64,000 bases of DNA, taken from Octopus vulgaris (taxonomy: Eukaryota). Shown piece after piece: positions 1-10,316 of the stretch. Both the position numbers and the translations under genes were made by a program. Under the pieces are notes generated by a model that was not told the origin of the DNA, did no database searches, and saw only the letters and a list, made by a program, of their open reading frames with translations. The stretch covers positions 11,098,001 to 11,162,000 of the forward strand of contig OX597818.1 of the NCBI GenBank assembly GCA_951406725.2. The letters are read 5' to 3'. Position 1 is the stretch's first letter, and every line of letters begins with the position of its first letter.

Positions 1-384
1 GTTCATCTTACCCACCTCTTCTGCCAACACTGCCCCACCTTCTCAAATAGCTGGTATTTTTTGATAATGAATTTATACAACAGTTGATTATAGGTAAAAA
101 TTTAATAAATAAATCATGTGTGTATATGTGTGTGTGTGTGTATGTGTGTATGAAAGCAGCAAAAAATAAAAAAGTATTTTTTTTTTGTCTTTGATGAATG
201 TTCTTGGGTTTTCTTTATTGTTATGTTAATGGACATTTTTTTTATGAGTTAATGAAATCTTTATTGCTAGTAAAGATCTTATTAGTAAATCATTAAATTA
301 AATTTTTATAAGCCAAGGAAAACTTACATATTTTCCTCTTATCTCAATTACATAGATCTTAGTGTGTGATGTGTTATACATATA

Positions 385-850
385 TCATCATCACCATCAT
401 CATTGTCATCATCATCATCATTGTCTTCTTAATTTTTAGATCAGCTTTTCCATGCTTGCATAGGTCATATGAAATTCATTGAGGCAGATTTTTCTGCAGC
501 CATAATCCCCCTCTGTTGCCAACCCTCATCTATTTCCAAGCAAGGTGACATTTCTCTATCTTGAAGCATGTTTTCCAAAGAAAACTGGAGAGGAATAGCA
601 TTGCTTGTATGAGGATTTTGCAAGTTTACAACTGTTATTGATGTCACGACAGAGTGTATACTCACATGGAGGTACACACACACACACACACAGACACACA
701 GAATGGGCTCTTTTAAGTTTCTGTCTGTTATATACATACACAAGACCTCGATCAGCAGACATTTGGTCAAGGTGCTGAGCTTTAGGACTAAACTGAAAAA
801 GCATGTCATCAGTAAGGGAACTTCTTAACCACACAGCTTTAACTATACCT
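385..850 (-). mobile_element. Decayed tRNA/CORE-like SINE (family A head) with RTE-like 3' tail
   Basis: Minus strand reads gctgtgtggttaagaag...caccttgaccaaatgtc...(TG)n...gagggttggcaacagagggg...acctatgcaagcatggaaaag...(GAT)n. The head matches family A and the tail resembles the RTE 3'UTR seen at 2460-2605. Confidence 0.7.
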
Positions 851-927
851 ACATATTTGTATGTATGGGTGCACATATGTATATATATATATAGGTATAT
901 GTGTCCGTGTGTATGTGTGTTTATATA

Positions 928-1080
928 GGTGCAGGTGTGGCTGTTGTGTAAGAAGCTTGCTTCCCAACCACATGGTTCTGGTTTCAGTTCCACTGCATGG
1001 CACCTTGAGCAAGTGTCTTGTACTATAGCCTTGGGCCTTGCAAATGGGCCTGGTAGATAGAACCTGAAAGAAGCCCATCA
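928..1080 (+). mobile_element. SINE family A, 5' half (interrupted; 3' half probably at ~1930-2060)
   Basis: ggtgcaggtgtggctgttgtgtaagaagcttgcttcccaaccacatggttctggtttcagttccactgcatggcaccttgagcaagtg: tRNA-like head plus CORE-like ccttgggcaagt motif. Confidence 0.85.
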
Positions 1081-1089
1081 TATATATAT

Positions 1090-1489
1090 CTCTTTTACTC
1101 TTTTACTTGTTTCAGTCATTTGACTGCGGCCATGCTGGTGCACCACCTTTAGTCGAATCAAATTGACTCCAGGACTTATTCTTTGTAAACCTAGTACTTA
1201 TTCTATCGGTCTCTTTTGCTGAACCGTAAAGTTACGGGGACGTAAACACACCAGCATTGGTTGACAAGCGATGTTAGGTTGGACAAACACAGACACACAA
1301 ACATATACACACACATACATATATATGACAGGCTTCTTTCAGTTTCCCTCTACCAAATCCACTCACAAGGCTTTGGTTGACCCGAGGCTATAGCAGAAAA
1401 CACTTGCCCAAGGTGCCACGCAATGGGAATGAACCCGGAACTATGTGGTTGGTAAGCAAGCTACTTACCACACAGCCACTCCTGCACCT
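1090..1489 (-). mobile_element. SINE family A, full length
   Basis: Reverse complement of the copy at 6256-6677, including the gtaaaagagtaaaagag tail. Confidence 0.9.
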
Positions 1490-2151
1490 ATAAATATATA
1501 TATATATATATGATGCCTGTCCAACTGTCACTGATTACTAAGAATGCTAAGCACTTACATAAAATTATACTTTACACTTGTTGCTCCCCAGGTGACTAAT
1601 GAGCCCAGCTCTTGATAAACATACACATCTACAAATACTGCAGATTAGACTCTCCCATTTACTACACTGGTGATGCATTTTCAAGCATGAAAAATGCCTG
1701 TTTCTTCAAAAATACACACTCCTTTTATTCTTTCCCTCCATTGGTAGTGATGACAAGCATTGTTTCCCAATTAACAGTCTACATCTCACATTCTGTCAAC
1801 AAGGACTTTATACAATCCTGAAACTGTAGTCTTGATTTCTGCTGGTGGAGGGGGGTCACTTTCCACGAATCAGTTCACCATATACATTCTGCTCAGGGAA
1901 CCTCTGATCATATGTCGGAACTAAATATCCTGTCCAGCTTGACAACTGGTGTTTGTATGTTTATGTCCCCTTAACTTAGCAGTTTGATAAAAGGGCATGA
2001 TGGAATAAGTATCTGGCTTTAAAAAAAATGGACTAGGGTTGATTCATTGGACAAAAATTTCAGTATAAGTCTGGGATCTAACAGTGTTGATAGCCCAGAA
2101 CTCTGGTTGAGTGCTGCAGGACCTAATGTCTGTATCAGCGCAGTCATCTCT

Positions 2152-2604
2152 CATGGTGTGCAAGAGAGATGACTGCGCTGGTATGGTCATATAACATATA
2201 TAGACAAGGACAGCAGTGTAAAGAAGTGCCGATCTCTAACTGTGAAGGGAACCTGTGGTAGAGGTAGACCCACGGAAACATGAGACGAAGTGATGAAGCA
2301 TGATCTTCAAACTTTGGGCCTCACTGAGGCAATGACTAGTGACTGAGACCTTTGGCAATATTCTGTAATATCAAGCCAAGTAAATTTGCAGTCGTGGCAG
2401 ATGCCGGCGTCATGCAAATGGCACCCATGCCAGTAGCATATAAAGACACCCATTACACTCTCAGAGTGATTGGCATTAGGAAGGGCATCTAGCAGTAGAA
2501 ACCATGCCAAATCAGACTAAAGTCTGGTGCAGCATTCCAGCTTATCAGCCCTGATAAAACCATCAAACCCATGCCAGCATGGACAACAGAGATTAAATGA
2601 TGTT

Positions 2605-2606
<2 letters not shown>
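2152..2606 (+). mobile_element. 5'-truncated RTE-clade LINE 3' end (ORF C-terminus, 3'UTR, (GAT)n tail)
   Basis: Translation from 2152: HGVQER*LRWYGHITYIDKDSSVKKCRSLTVKGTCGRGRPTET*DEVMKHDLQTLGLTEAMTSD*DLWQ. This fits the RTE C-terminal pattern RLRWxGH...RGRP..W...DL...DR..W. Confidence 0.85.
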
Positions 2607-2649
<43 letters not shown>

Positions 2650-2650
<1 letters not shown>

Positions 2651-4127
2651 GAAAAGAAAGTTATTTTATTCCACATGGGTAGAAATATAGGAAAAATAGA
2701 AGTTGAAAATGCACTGAGAATAGTTAGAAAAGTTTTTTATTAATATATTCAAAGCTTTAACTGGTTTCACAGTTTACACTGATTTTCAAAAAGTTCAAAT
2801 AGAAAGATGTGGTTTATGTTGCAACTGTCTTGTTTCGGACTAGTGTTTGAAGCTGGTCTCATTTTTACAGGGAGTTCATGACTCAAGTTAGTATATGTTT
2901 TGAATAGGGTTTGATTGGCAGAGGATAGTCACATGATTGGTCTTAGAAATTTTTGTAGGTTCCCTGCTACATCTGTGTTAGTATCGAGTGACAATATTTA
3001 GCATTGTAAGTTAAGGCTCACACGGTTGACTGAGCATGTGCAAACAATCAACGCTCTGAATGTTTTCTGTTTAGAGAATGAACGCAATAAGTTTACAACC
3101 TTTTGTACATTTACCACTGTGTCCATATGTTAGTGTCCTGTGACAGTATATTTTGTACCTAAAAAGAAGGACAATATGGTTGAGTGAACATGTTTAGTTA
3201 TAATCAAGGCACTCCAAATATAATCTGTCTGGTGAGTGAGTGGACAGGAGTCATTTGTATGTAGTCCAGTGGCTAAAGTTTAGGTTGTTAGTTGTGTAGG
3301 TTCCATATGATAAGTGACAGAATGTTTTGTGTATGAATAGTTATTTGTGTATGTACTTTGTTAAAGTTGAAGTTTGAGTTTGTACTTCTGTATGAAAGTA
3401 TTTTCTTTGTTTATCTGTGCTTCATTTGTGGTATTTGCTGAACATGGGTAGAGTGGGAAGACCTGGACTTATTTTTTGCACATCTGTATGTCCACTCAGT
3501 GGAATCTGTCTAGTACTGGGGTCTTGTGAATGGTCAGTCTATTTATTAGAGTAAGCTTAATTTGACCTATGTAATCTTCATTACATCCTTGTCATTTGAT
3601 AGCGTATATTAAATTCCTTAAAGAACATGTCAAGTGATTTTTTTATGGTAAAAATCTGTCCTGATTTGAATTTGTATGTTGTTTCTTCAATAAATTTGAT
3701 GCAGATTCTGCAATTGTGGCAGCCACACTGTTGGTGTAGGAATTGTGGAAGATAATTTAGCACTTGTGAGGAATTTTTTGAGGGACTTTGATTATCTTTT
3801 ACTTTTGTGTGTTTCGAATGCTTGTTTCATCCTTGGGTCTTGTTTTAGAAGTGGGATGTTCTGGTGGATAATATTGTAAACCTCTGTGTGTTTCTTGAGT
3901 TGTATGTTGTAATAAAGAGTAGAGTACTGGATGTATCTGGAGTGTTTTTCATAGTTCTTCAATATTTATTGCTTTGGCATTTTCTATTCCATTGTCTATT
4001 AACATTAATGGATATTGTCTTTCAAGTAGTACTTGTTTTAGTTCCTGGAGTCTTTTATTGCGAGTTTCAGGATTTGAGACAATTGTGCAGATTCTTCTTG
4101 CTAGATTAAAGGGGATATTATTATTCA
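2650..4127 (-). mobile_element. Decayed Penelope-like element (Neptune-like): RT thumb, Cys linker, GIY-YIG endonuclease, 3' UTR/pLTR
   Basis: Minus-strand translation across frameshifts: NNIPFNLARRICTIVSNPETRNKRLQELK (~4120-4035); QCGCHNCRIC; NLIYAIK*QGCNEDYIGQ (~3615-3560); FIQKYKLKLQL* (~3395-3361). A decayed HHR lies downstream at 2753-2795. Clade assignment is inference. Confidence 0.85.
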
Positions 4128-4147
4128 TGTATGTACGTGTGTGTATG

Positions 4148-4178
<31 letters not shown>

Positions 4179-4179
4179 A

Positions 4180-4503
4180 GGACTACTCTGTTGGTTACAA
4201 TGACAAGAGTCCCAGATGATACAATCAACGGAACAGCTTGCTCATGAAATCAACGTGCAAGTGGCTGAGCACTCCACAGACACGTATACTCTTAATGTAG
4301 TTCTCAGGGAAATTTAGCATGACACAGAATGTGACAAGGCTGTCCCTTTGAAATACAGGTACTACTCATTTTTGCCAGCTGAATGGGCTGGAGCAACGTG
4401 AAATAAAGTGTCTTGCTCAAGGACACAACACGTCACCAGGAATTGAACTCAGCACCTTACAATTGTGAGTCGAATGCTTTAACCACTAGGCCATGAGCCT
4501 TCA
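4180..4503 (-). mobile_element. tRNA-derived SINE family C (CORE-like plus second conserved domain)
   Basis: Minus strand: gaaggctcatggcctagtggttaaagcattcgactcac...gtgagttc-like B box, tgtgtccttgagcaagacacttta, ccagcccattcagctggcaaaaatgagtagtacctg. Further copies at 21405-21670 and 62060-62175. Confidence 0.85.
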
Positions 4504-4508
4504 CACAC

Positions 4509-4550
<42 letters not shown>

Positions 4551-4570
4551 ATGTGTGTATGTATATATAA

Positions 4571-4953
4571 TGTTCGTCCTTTGGGTTCGAAGATGACCAT
4601 TGACATCATTTGGTGGAATTGCTGCTATGAGACCAGAGGTGGCTGGTGAGGCCTATCCGGGCAAGAAAGCCCCTCCCATAGGTGGGGCAGAAGTGGGTAG
4701 GGGCTGTGCTATTGGTGCAGGTGGCTCTGGCTTTCTGCATCTGGCGTTTCTGAGAAGAAGTGCTTCAAGGATAGTCTCAAAGTCTCTCTCAAGGACTTCT
4801 CCATCGGCACAGAGACTTGGGAGACACTTGCTGCCGACCGCTCATCCTGGCGCAGCGCAATCACCACAGGAGCAAAGACAGCCGAGGAGAGACGGATTCA
4901 GTCAGCAGAACAGAAACGCCAGATGCGGAAAGCCAGAGCCACCTGCACCAATA
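4571..4953 (-). mobile_element. 5'-inverted RTE LINE insertion (C-terminus with C2H2-like finger)
   Basis: 4753-4953 (+) encodes KKCFKDSLKVSLKDFSIGTETWETLAADRSSWRSAITTGAKTAEERRIQSAEQKRQMRKARATCTN. 4752-4571 (-) encodes QKRQMQKARATCTNSTAPTHFCPTYGRGFLARIGLTSHLWSH. Flanks are TSD-like tatgtatat(at)ataa. Confidence 0.88.
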
Positions 4954-5128
4954 CTATGTATATATATAACATACTTAAACACACACAGAGTAGAAGCTGC
5001 CTATTGTTATCTCCTTAGAACAAGGCAATTTCATTAACAATAACTTGCTGATAAAATTAACCAAGGTGGTAAGCTAGTTTTACTCTGTATTTGTTTTGTA
5101 TATACATATATCCAGGTACATCTCTTAA

Positions 5129-5343
5129 CCGTTTTGTTACCAACCCGGCTGAAACTGGCTCTGAGTACAAATGTCTTGTTTTCATAAGTTTTGAATTGAA
5201 AATCTTCCACCAAACCTTAGTCACAATTTATGTTCCTAACACTAGCTTAATGATAACCAAATTATTTTACTAAATTCTTTGTTAAATTTAAAGTAATTGA
5301 AAGAAATACAGAGCATCTCAAAATAAATACAGTAACGAAAGGG
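5129..5343. mobile_element. TTAA-flanked MITE (piggyBac-like ends), family 1
   Basis: ttaa|ccgttttgttac ... gtaacgaaaggg|tta terminal inverted repeats. Confidence 0.7.
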
Positions 5344-5346
5344 TTA

Positions 5347-5538
5347 CCTTTAGCATATCCAGCCCAAATATTCCGTCAGTTTTTATGTTCAAACCAACCA
5401 GATCCAGTCACTCACATCATTCTAAAATATAAAATCACATCATTGAAATCTTGAAGTTGCAAGCTAATGCACAATTAATTCAAAACAGTGTAAGATAATA
5501 AGCCATACATTTGACAGAGTAATCTGTGTGCTAAAGTG
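5347..5538. mobile_element. TTAA-flanked MITE, family 2
   Basis: cctttagca ... tgctaaagtg|ttaa; homologous to 11521-11740 and 21333-21824. Confidence 0.75.
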
Positions 5539-6219
5539 TTAAAGGAGATCAAGTTTATGTAGCTTTTCTAGAAATTTGTTCATTTTCATCTCCAGATACA
5601 AACCTCCAAGTGATGCATTAGACTCTGGAAAAAATTACTGAGCAGGAAAATAACCTATTTAGATTAATTATGTGAAATAGAACAATATTTTGAAAAAAAA
5701 TAAATTGATTATTTTTCAGGAACATAGAAACAATATATATCAGTAAAAGTTTATATTAAGTTCTGTATTTATTTGTTTTACATTTTTTTTTGAAGCTCAA
5801 ATTGGACCAGCTTCAGGGTTGCTTGGGAGTAACTGTCTTGAATGAATCAACATTTTCAAATAAACTGAAGACTGCCATCTTTTTATAGTAATTTATCCAA
5901 AATATAGTAAGTTCATGTGATTATATTTTAGACAGGAATAAACTTGAGCAAGGTCTATTTTGTGTGTGTGTGTGTTTATGTTGTCAGTGGGCAGTTTAGT
6001 TTACTGGTAAAGCTTTCAGCCAGTGTCTTGGAGGATGTGGGTTCAACCCATGGCTGTTTGTTGACAACTTCTTCCACATTGTAAGGGTAATAAGACCCAA
6101 TTTTTATGCAGCTTTAACAGCAATATCGCATTTGAAAATGTCACTTTCTTGTCTGTATCATGTGATACACATTCAGTTCTTCTTGAAAAACAAATCTAAG
6201 TTTGTTTATATACACACAT

Positions 6220-6255
<36 letters not shown>

Positions 6256-6258
<3 letters not shown>

Positions 6259-6415
6259 GCAGGAGTGGCTGTGTGGTAAGTAGCTTGCTAACCAACCACA
6301 TGGTTCCGGGTTCAGTCCCACTGCGTGGCATCTTGGGCAAGTGTCTCCTGCTATAGTCCCGGGCCGACCAATGCCTTCTGAGTGGATTTGGTAGACGGAA
6401 ACTGAAAGAAGCCTG

Positions 6416-6461
<46 letters not shown>

Positions 6462-6677
6462 CGTGTGTTTGTGTGTGTGTTTGTCCCCCTAGCATTGCTT
6501 GACAACCGATGCTGGTGTGTTTACATCCCCGTCACTTAGCGGTTCGGCAAAAGAGACCGATAGAATAAGTACTGGGCTTACAAAGAATAAGTCGCGGGGT
6601 CGATTTGGTCGACTAAAGGCGGTGCTCCAGCATGGCCGCAGTCAAATGACTGAAACAAGTAAAAGAGTAAAAAGAGT
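6256..6677 (+). mobile_element. SINE family A, full length, well preserved (octopus OK/OR-type tRNA/CORE-like SINE)
   Basis: A-box-like gtggctgtgtggtaa, B-box-like ggttcagtccc, CORE-like tcttgggcaagtg, internal (TA)n(TG)n, and gtaaaaga-repeat tail. More than 12 homologous copies in the window. Confidence 0.92.
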
Positions 6678-6949
6678 AATATATATACATATATATATAT
6701 ATGTGTGATGGAATCTCCCATTGATGCTGATGTATAAGTGCTCAGTTTTTACTGAATGACCTATGCAAATGATTTGTGTATGTGTTGTACATTAGTCCAC
6801 TAAATTAACATTGGTTGTACAGGTTCACAAGTGTATGTCAAAATGATTGCAGAGCGACATATAATGAAGCATTTTGCTCAAGAGGACAATGAGATGCATG
6901 GTCCCTAATCACTTGGCCACATGCTTTCATTTACACATATATTTACATA

Positions 6950-7774
6950 TGAGGTCTGATCAATAAGTATCTGGACTGTTGCCATAGTAATGAAGCTGCT
7001 TGGCAAAGATTGACCTTGAACTCTGCTGTACATACGCACTAAGTTTTAACATTCTAGTTCACTTCTGTTGTTTACAGCAGTGCTTGGAAGAAAGGTGTGT
7101 AGCTTGACAGAGAAAGTTGTCATGGCAATACCTGCTCAAAGTTGCAGAAAGTGTATGGAGAGGAATGTATGAGCTGCACAGAAGTGTACAAGTTGTTCAG
7201 ATGTTTACAAAATGGTAAAAAAAATGTCAGTATTCATGAACGTTCTGTGAGATTCGCAACCAGCAGAACTAAGAAAAACATCACAGGTATCCATGCAGCT
7301 GTAAGGGGAAATTGTCAAATCACCGTCTGTAAGTTATCAGAGGATGTGCAGATTAGTTATGGTTCAGTTCCGTCCATTATCACTGAAGATTTGTGTATGA
7401 GACTCATGTCTTCCAAGTTTGTGCCAAAATTGCTTTCAGCTGACCAGAAAAGCACTCAGGTTTCAGTTGCACAAGATCTCTTTGATTGCGTTGAGAAAAA
7501 TGAAAACTTTGCGTAGGCCTCTGAGCAGTTATCGCCAAGCTTTTAGCCAAATTTGAGGCAGATTCTCTGCTCCACTTTCTCCATCATGGTCAATGCAATG
7601 ATCACATGCTACACACCTTCCTTCCAAGCACTGCTGTAAATAGCAGAAGTGAGTTAGAATGTTAAAACACATGCACAGCAGAGTTCAAGGTCAATCTGTG
7701 TCAAGCGGCTTCACTCTGCGTGCTTCAGTTTCATTCCTATGGCAACAGTCTGGATATGTATTGATCAAACCACA
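6950..7774 (+). mobile_element. Non-autonomous mariner derivative with long inverted ends
   Basis: TA|tgaggtctgatcaata...tattgatcaaaccaca|TA. Inverted similarity between ~6950-7103 and ~7608-7774, with a mariner transposase N-terminal fragment inside. Confidence 0.9.
7142..7510 (+). pseudogene. Mariner transposase N-terminal (HTH) fragment
   Basis: QKVYGEECMSCTEVYKLF...ERSVRFATS...ISYGSV..IITEDL.MR..SSKFVPKLLS.DQK. FVPKLL corresponds to the mariner WVPxxL linker. Truncated before the DDD domain. Confidence 0.88.
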
Positions 7775-7820
7775 TACACATATATATGTAGTTTTATATA
7801 TATATATAAATAGATAGATA

Positions 7821-8418
7821 GTAGAGGTAGACACAGGAAGATATGGGATGAGATGGTGAAGTATGACCTTTGGACTTTGAACCTCACAGAGGCAATGACT
7901 AGTGACTGAGACCTTTGGCAATGTGCTCTGTTTAAAAGGACATGACAAGCCACATGCACCCATGCTGGTGGCACATAAAAAAAATCAACCTTTGAACGTT
8001 GGGCCTCACAGAGGCAAAGTGGCTGAGTACCTTTTGAGTGTTGAGCCTGACAAAAGCAAAGTGGCTGAGTTCCTTTTGAGTGTTGGGCCTCATGGAGGCA
8101 AAGTGGCTGAGATACTTTCAATGGTTGGGCCTCACAGAGGCAATGACCAAAACCATTAGCATTATGTCATGCTTCTGAAGAACCATCAAGTTGTGGCAGA
8201 TACTAGTGTCATGCAAATGTCACCTGTGCCAGTGGCACGTAAAAGCACCCATTACACCCTCAGAGTGGTTGGCATTAGGGAGAGCATCCAGCTGTAGAAA
8301 ACCATGCCAAATCAGACTGGAGCCTGGCACAGCTTTCCAGCGTGCCAGCCCAGTCAAATAGTCCAACACATGCCTGCATGGACAATGGACATCAAATGAC
8401 GATGATGATGATGATGAT
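7821..8418 (+). mobile_element. RTE LINE 3' end with internal ~42-bp tandem repeats (7989-8148)
   Basis: Homologous to 2258-2606 (RGR.RK.WDE.VK.DL...LTEAMTSD). About 4 copies of ccttttgagtgttgggcctcacagaggcaaagtggctgag; (GAT)n tail. Confidence 0.8.
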
Positions 8419-9057
8419 AATAGATAGATACATGTACACATACATACACACACACATAGACATATTACATGCACACACACAGACATATTACATGTACATC
8501 ATTATTCCACATCTCTTTACCCAATTGTTGAAGGTCAGGGGCAGAGGACATATGCCATCATCAACTTGTTGGAACAATTGTGATATTATAATGTAATCTA
8601 ATATACATGTAAGAATATACACATAGAATATATGTACAACTCCAAATATTAATATTCATATAAATATTAATATTTGTATTTCCATGTATATTTTGCTTGT
8701 ATATTCATTGCGATATATATATTAGATTACATTATAATAAGCTCTATATTATTGATTCAGAGATTTATTAAGAAATATGTGTATATATAATGTTGGTGAG
8801 CACTTGATAACTTGGCTTTGATGATGGATCCTCAGAGTGAATGCAGCTGTTGCAATAGATACTACACAAAAATTCTTCATATACCTGCACGTGTATATAT
8901 GTACGGATATATATGTGTGGGTGTGGGTGTATATATATATATATATGTATGTATGTATGTACACATATATATGTATGTATCTGTGTATATATATTCATAC
9001 ATATAAGTAAATATATTTATGTGTATGTATATATGTATGTATGTATGTGTGTGTGTG

Positions 9058-9284
9058 CAGTAATCCCTTGCCATATCGTGGTCCACGTATCATGCTTTAT
9101 TAGTTAAGCCTATGTCGTTTCCTCCGTGGTGCTATTTTGTATTTATAATAAAATAAATATATACAAATTATAAAATTAATAAAAGAAATATACAGTACAT
9201 TATAGTACTGTTTCTACTTCGCGGATTTTCGCCTATCACAGGAGGTTTTTGAACATAACACCCATGATAGTCGAGGGATTACTA
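9058..9284. mobile_element. pogo/Tigger-like MITE
   Basis: TIRs cagtaatcccttg / cgagggattacta in a TA/TG context. Confidence 0.7.
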
Positions 9285-9930
9285 TATGTGTGTGTGTGAG
9301 TGTATGTATGTGTATGTATATATATGTATATATATATGTGTATATATATACACATATATATGTATGTGTATGTATATATATATGTGTATGTATATATATA
9401 TATATATGTGTGTGTATGTATATATATGTATATATATATGTGTGTATATGTATATCTACACATATATATGTATGTGAATGTATATATGTATGTGTATGTA
9501 TATATATATATATATATACATATAAAAATACAGTGTACATTTAAACACATAAGAGATGGCCATAACAGGACATCTGACTTGCTAGAAAGAGTAGTTAAAA
9601 CTCCAAACCACTATTAGGAGTAATTTCTAAAGGGAATGAAAAATAAAAACATTTACCCTCTATGTATATATGTATGTGTATATATATATATATGTATGTA
9701 TATGTGTATATACATGTAGTTATATACATACATATATATATGTATATGTTTGTGTATATACATATATGTGTATATATGTGTATATATATATATGTATATA
9801 TGTGTATGTATATATATGTATATATGTGTATGTATATATTATGTATGTATATATGTGTGTATATATGTAAATATTTGCATATATATGTGTAGATATATAT
9901 ATGTATGTACATACATATATGTATATGTAA
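9285..9930. repeat. Two complex (TA/TG/CA) microsatellite blocks (9285-9522, 9661-9930)
   Basis: Directly visible low-complexity tracts; source of many spurious YI/CV ORFs. Confidence 0.95.
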
Positions 9931-10217
9931 CAAATGAAAGACAGAAGATGGAATATACGTACCTGTTAGCTTTTGATTCTTATTTGCATGCTATAGTTTA
10001 CCGCACATATAGATGTACATACACATAGATATGTCTATCTTTTTTTGTCTTTCATCTCTCTTACTATTATTATTACTGTTATTTTTACCCCTTTTACAAT
10101 TTGCTTGTAAATATCCAATTTTTTCCCTATTACCCCATTTGTATTCTCCCTTATTGTATCGTATTTTAATTTACTTTATTTTATTAAACCTTTTTTGATG
10201 TCCTTACAAAAATTCCT

Positions 10218-10316
10218 CACACTGATGAAAATGACAATGCATAAATTTAATTATAATTACTATGGTTATAATTTTTTCTTACATATTTGTATTGTCCTTT
10301 GAAATGTGCACATGTA
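10218..10316 (+). ncRNA. Decayed type-I hammerhead motif with long helix II
   Basis: caca-CTGATGA(10222-10228)-long hairpin (gacaatgca/tgtattgtc; aattataatt/ggttataatt)-GAAA(10301-10304)-tgtgca-ca-tgta. Helix III and the cleavage site are degenerate. Confidence 0.5.

Noticed and set aside
4600-5037. 145-aa GC-rich plus-strand ORF
   Set aside because: It is an antisense/off-frame read through the inverted RTE fragment.
8815-8855. ttgatga...gaatg-cagctg-tt resembling a hammerhead
   Set aside because: No convincing helix I or II and a broken GAAA; too decayed to support.
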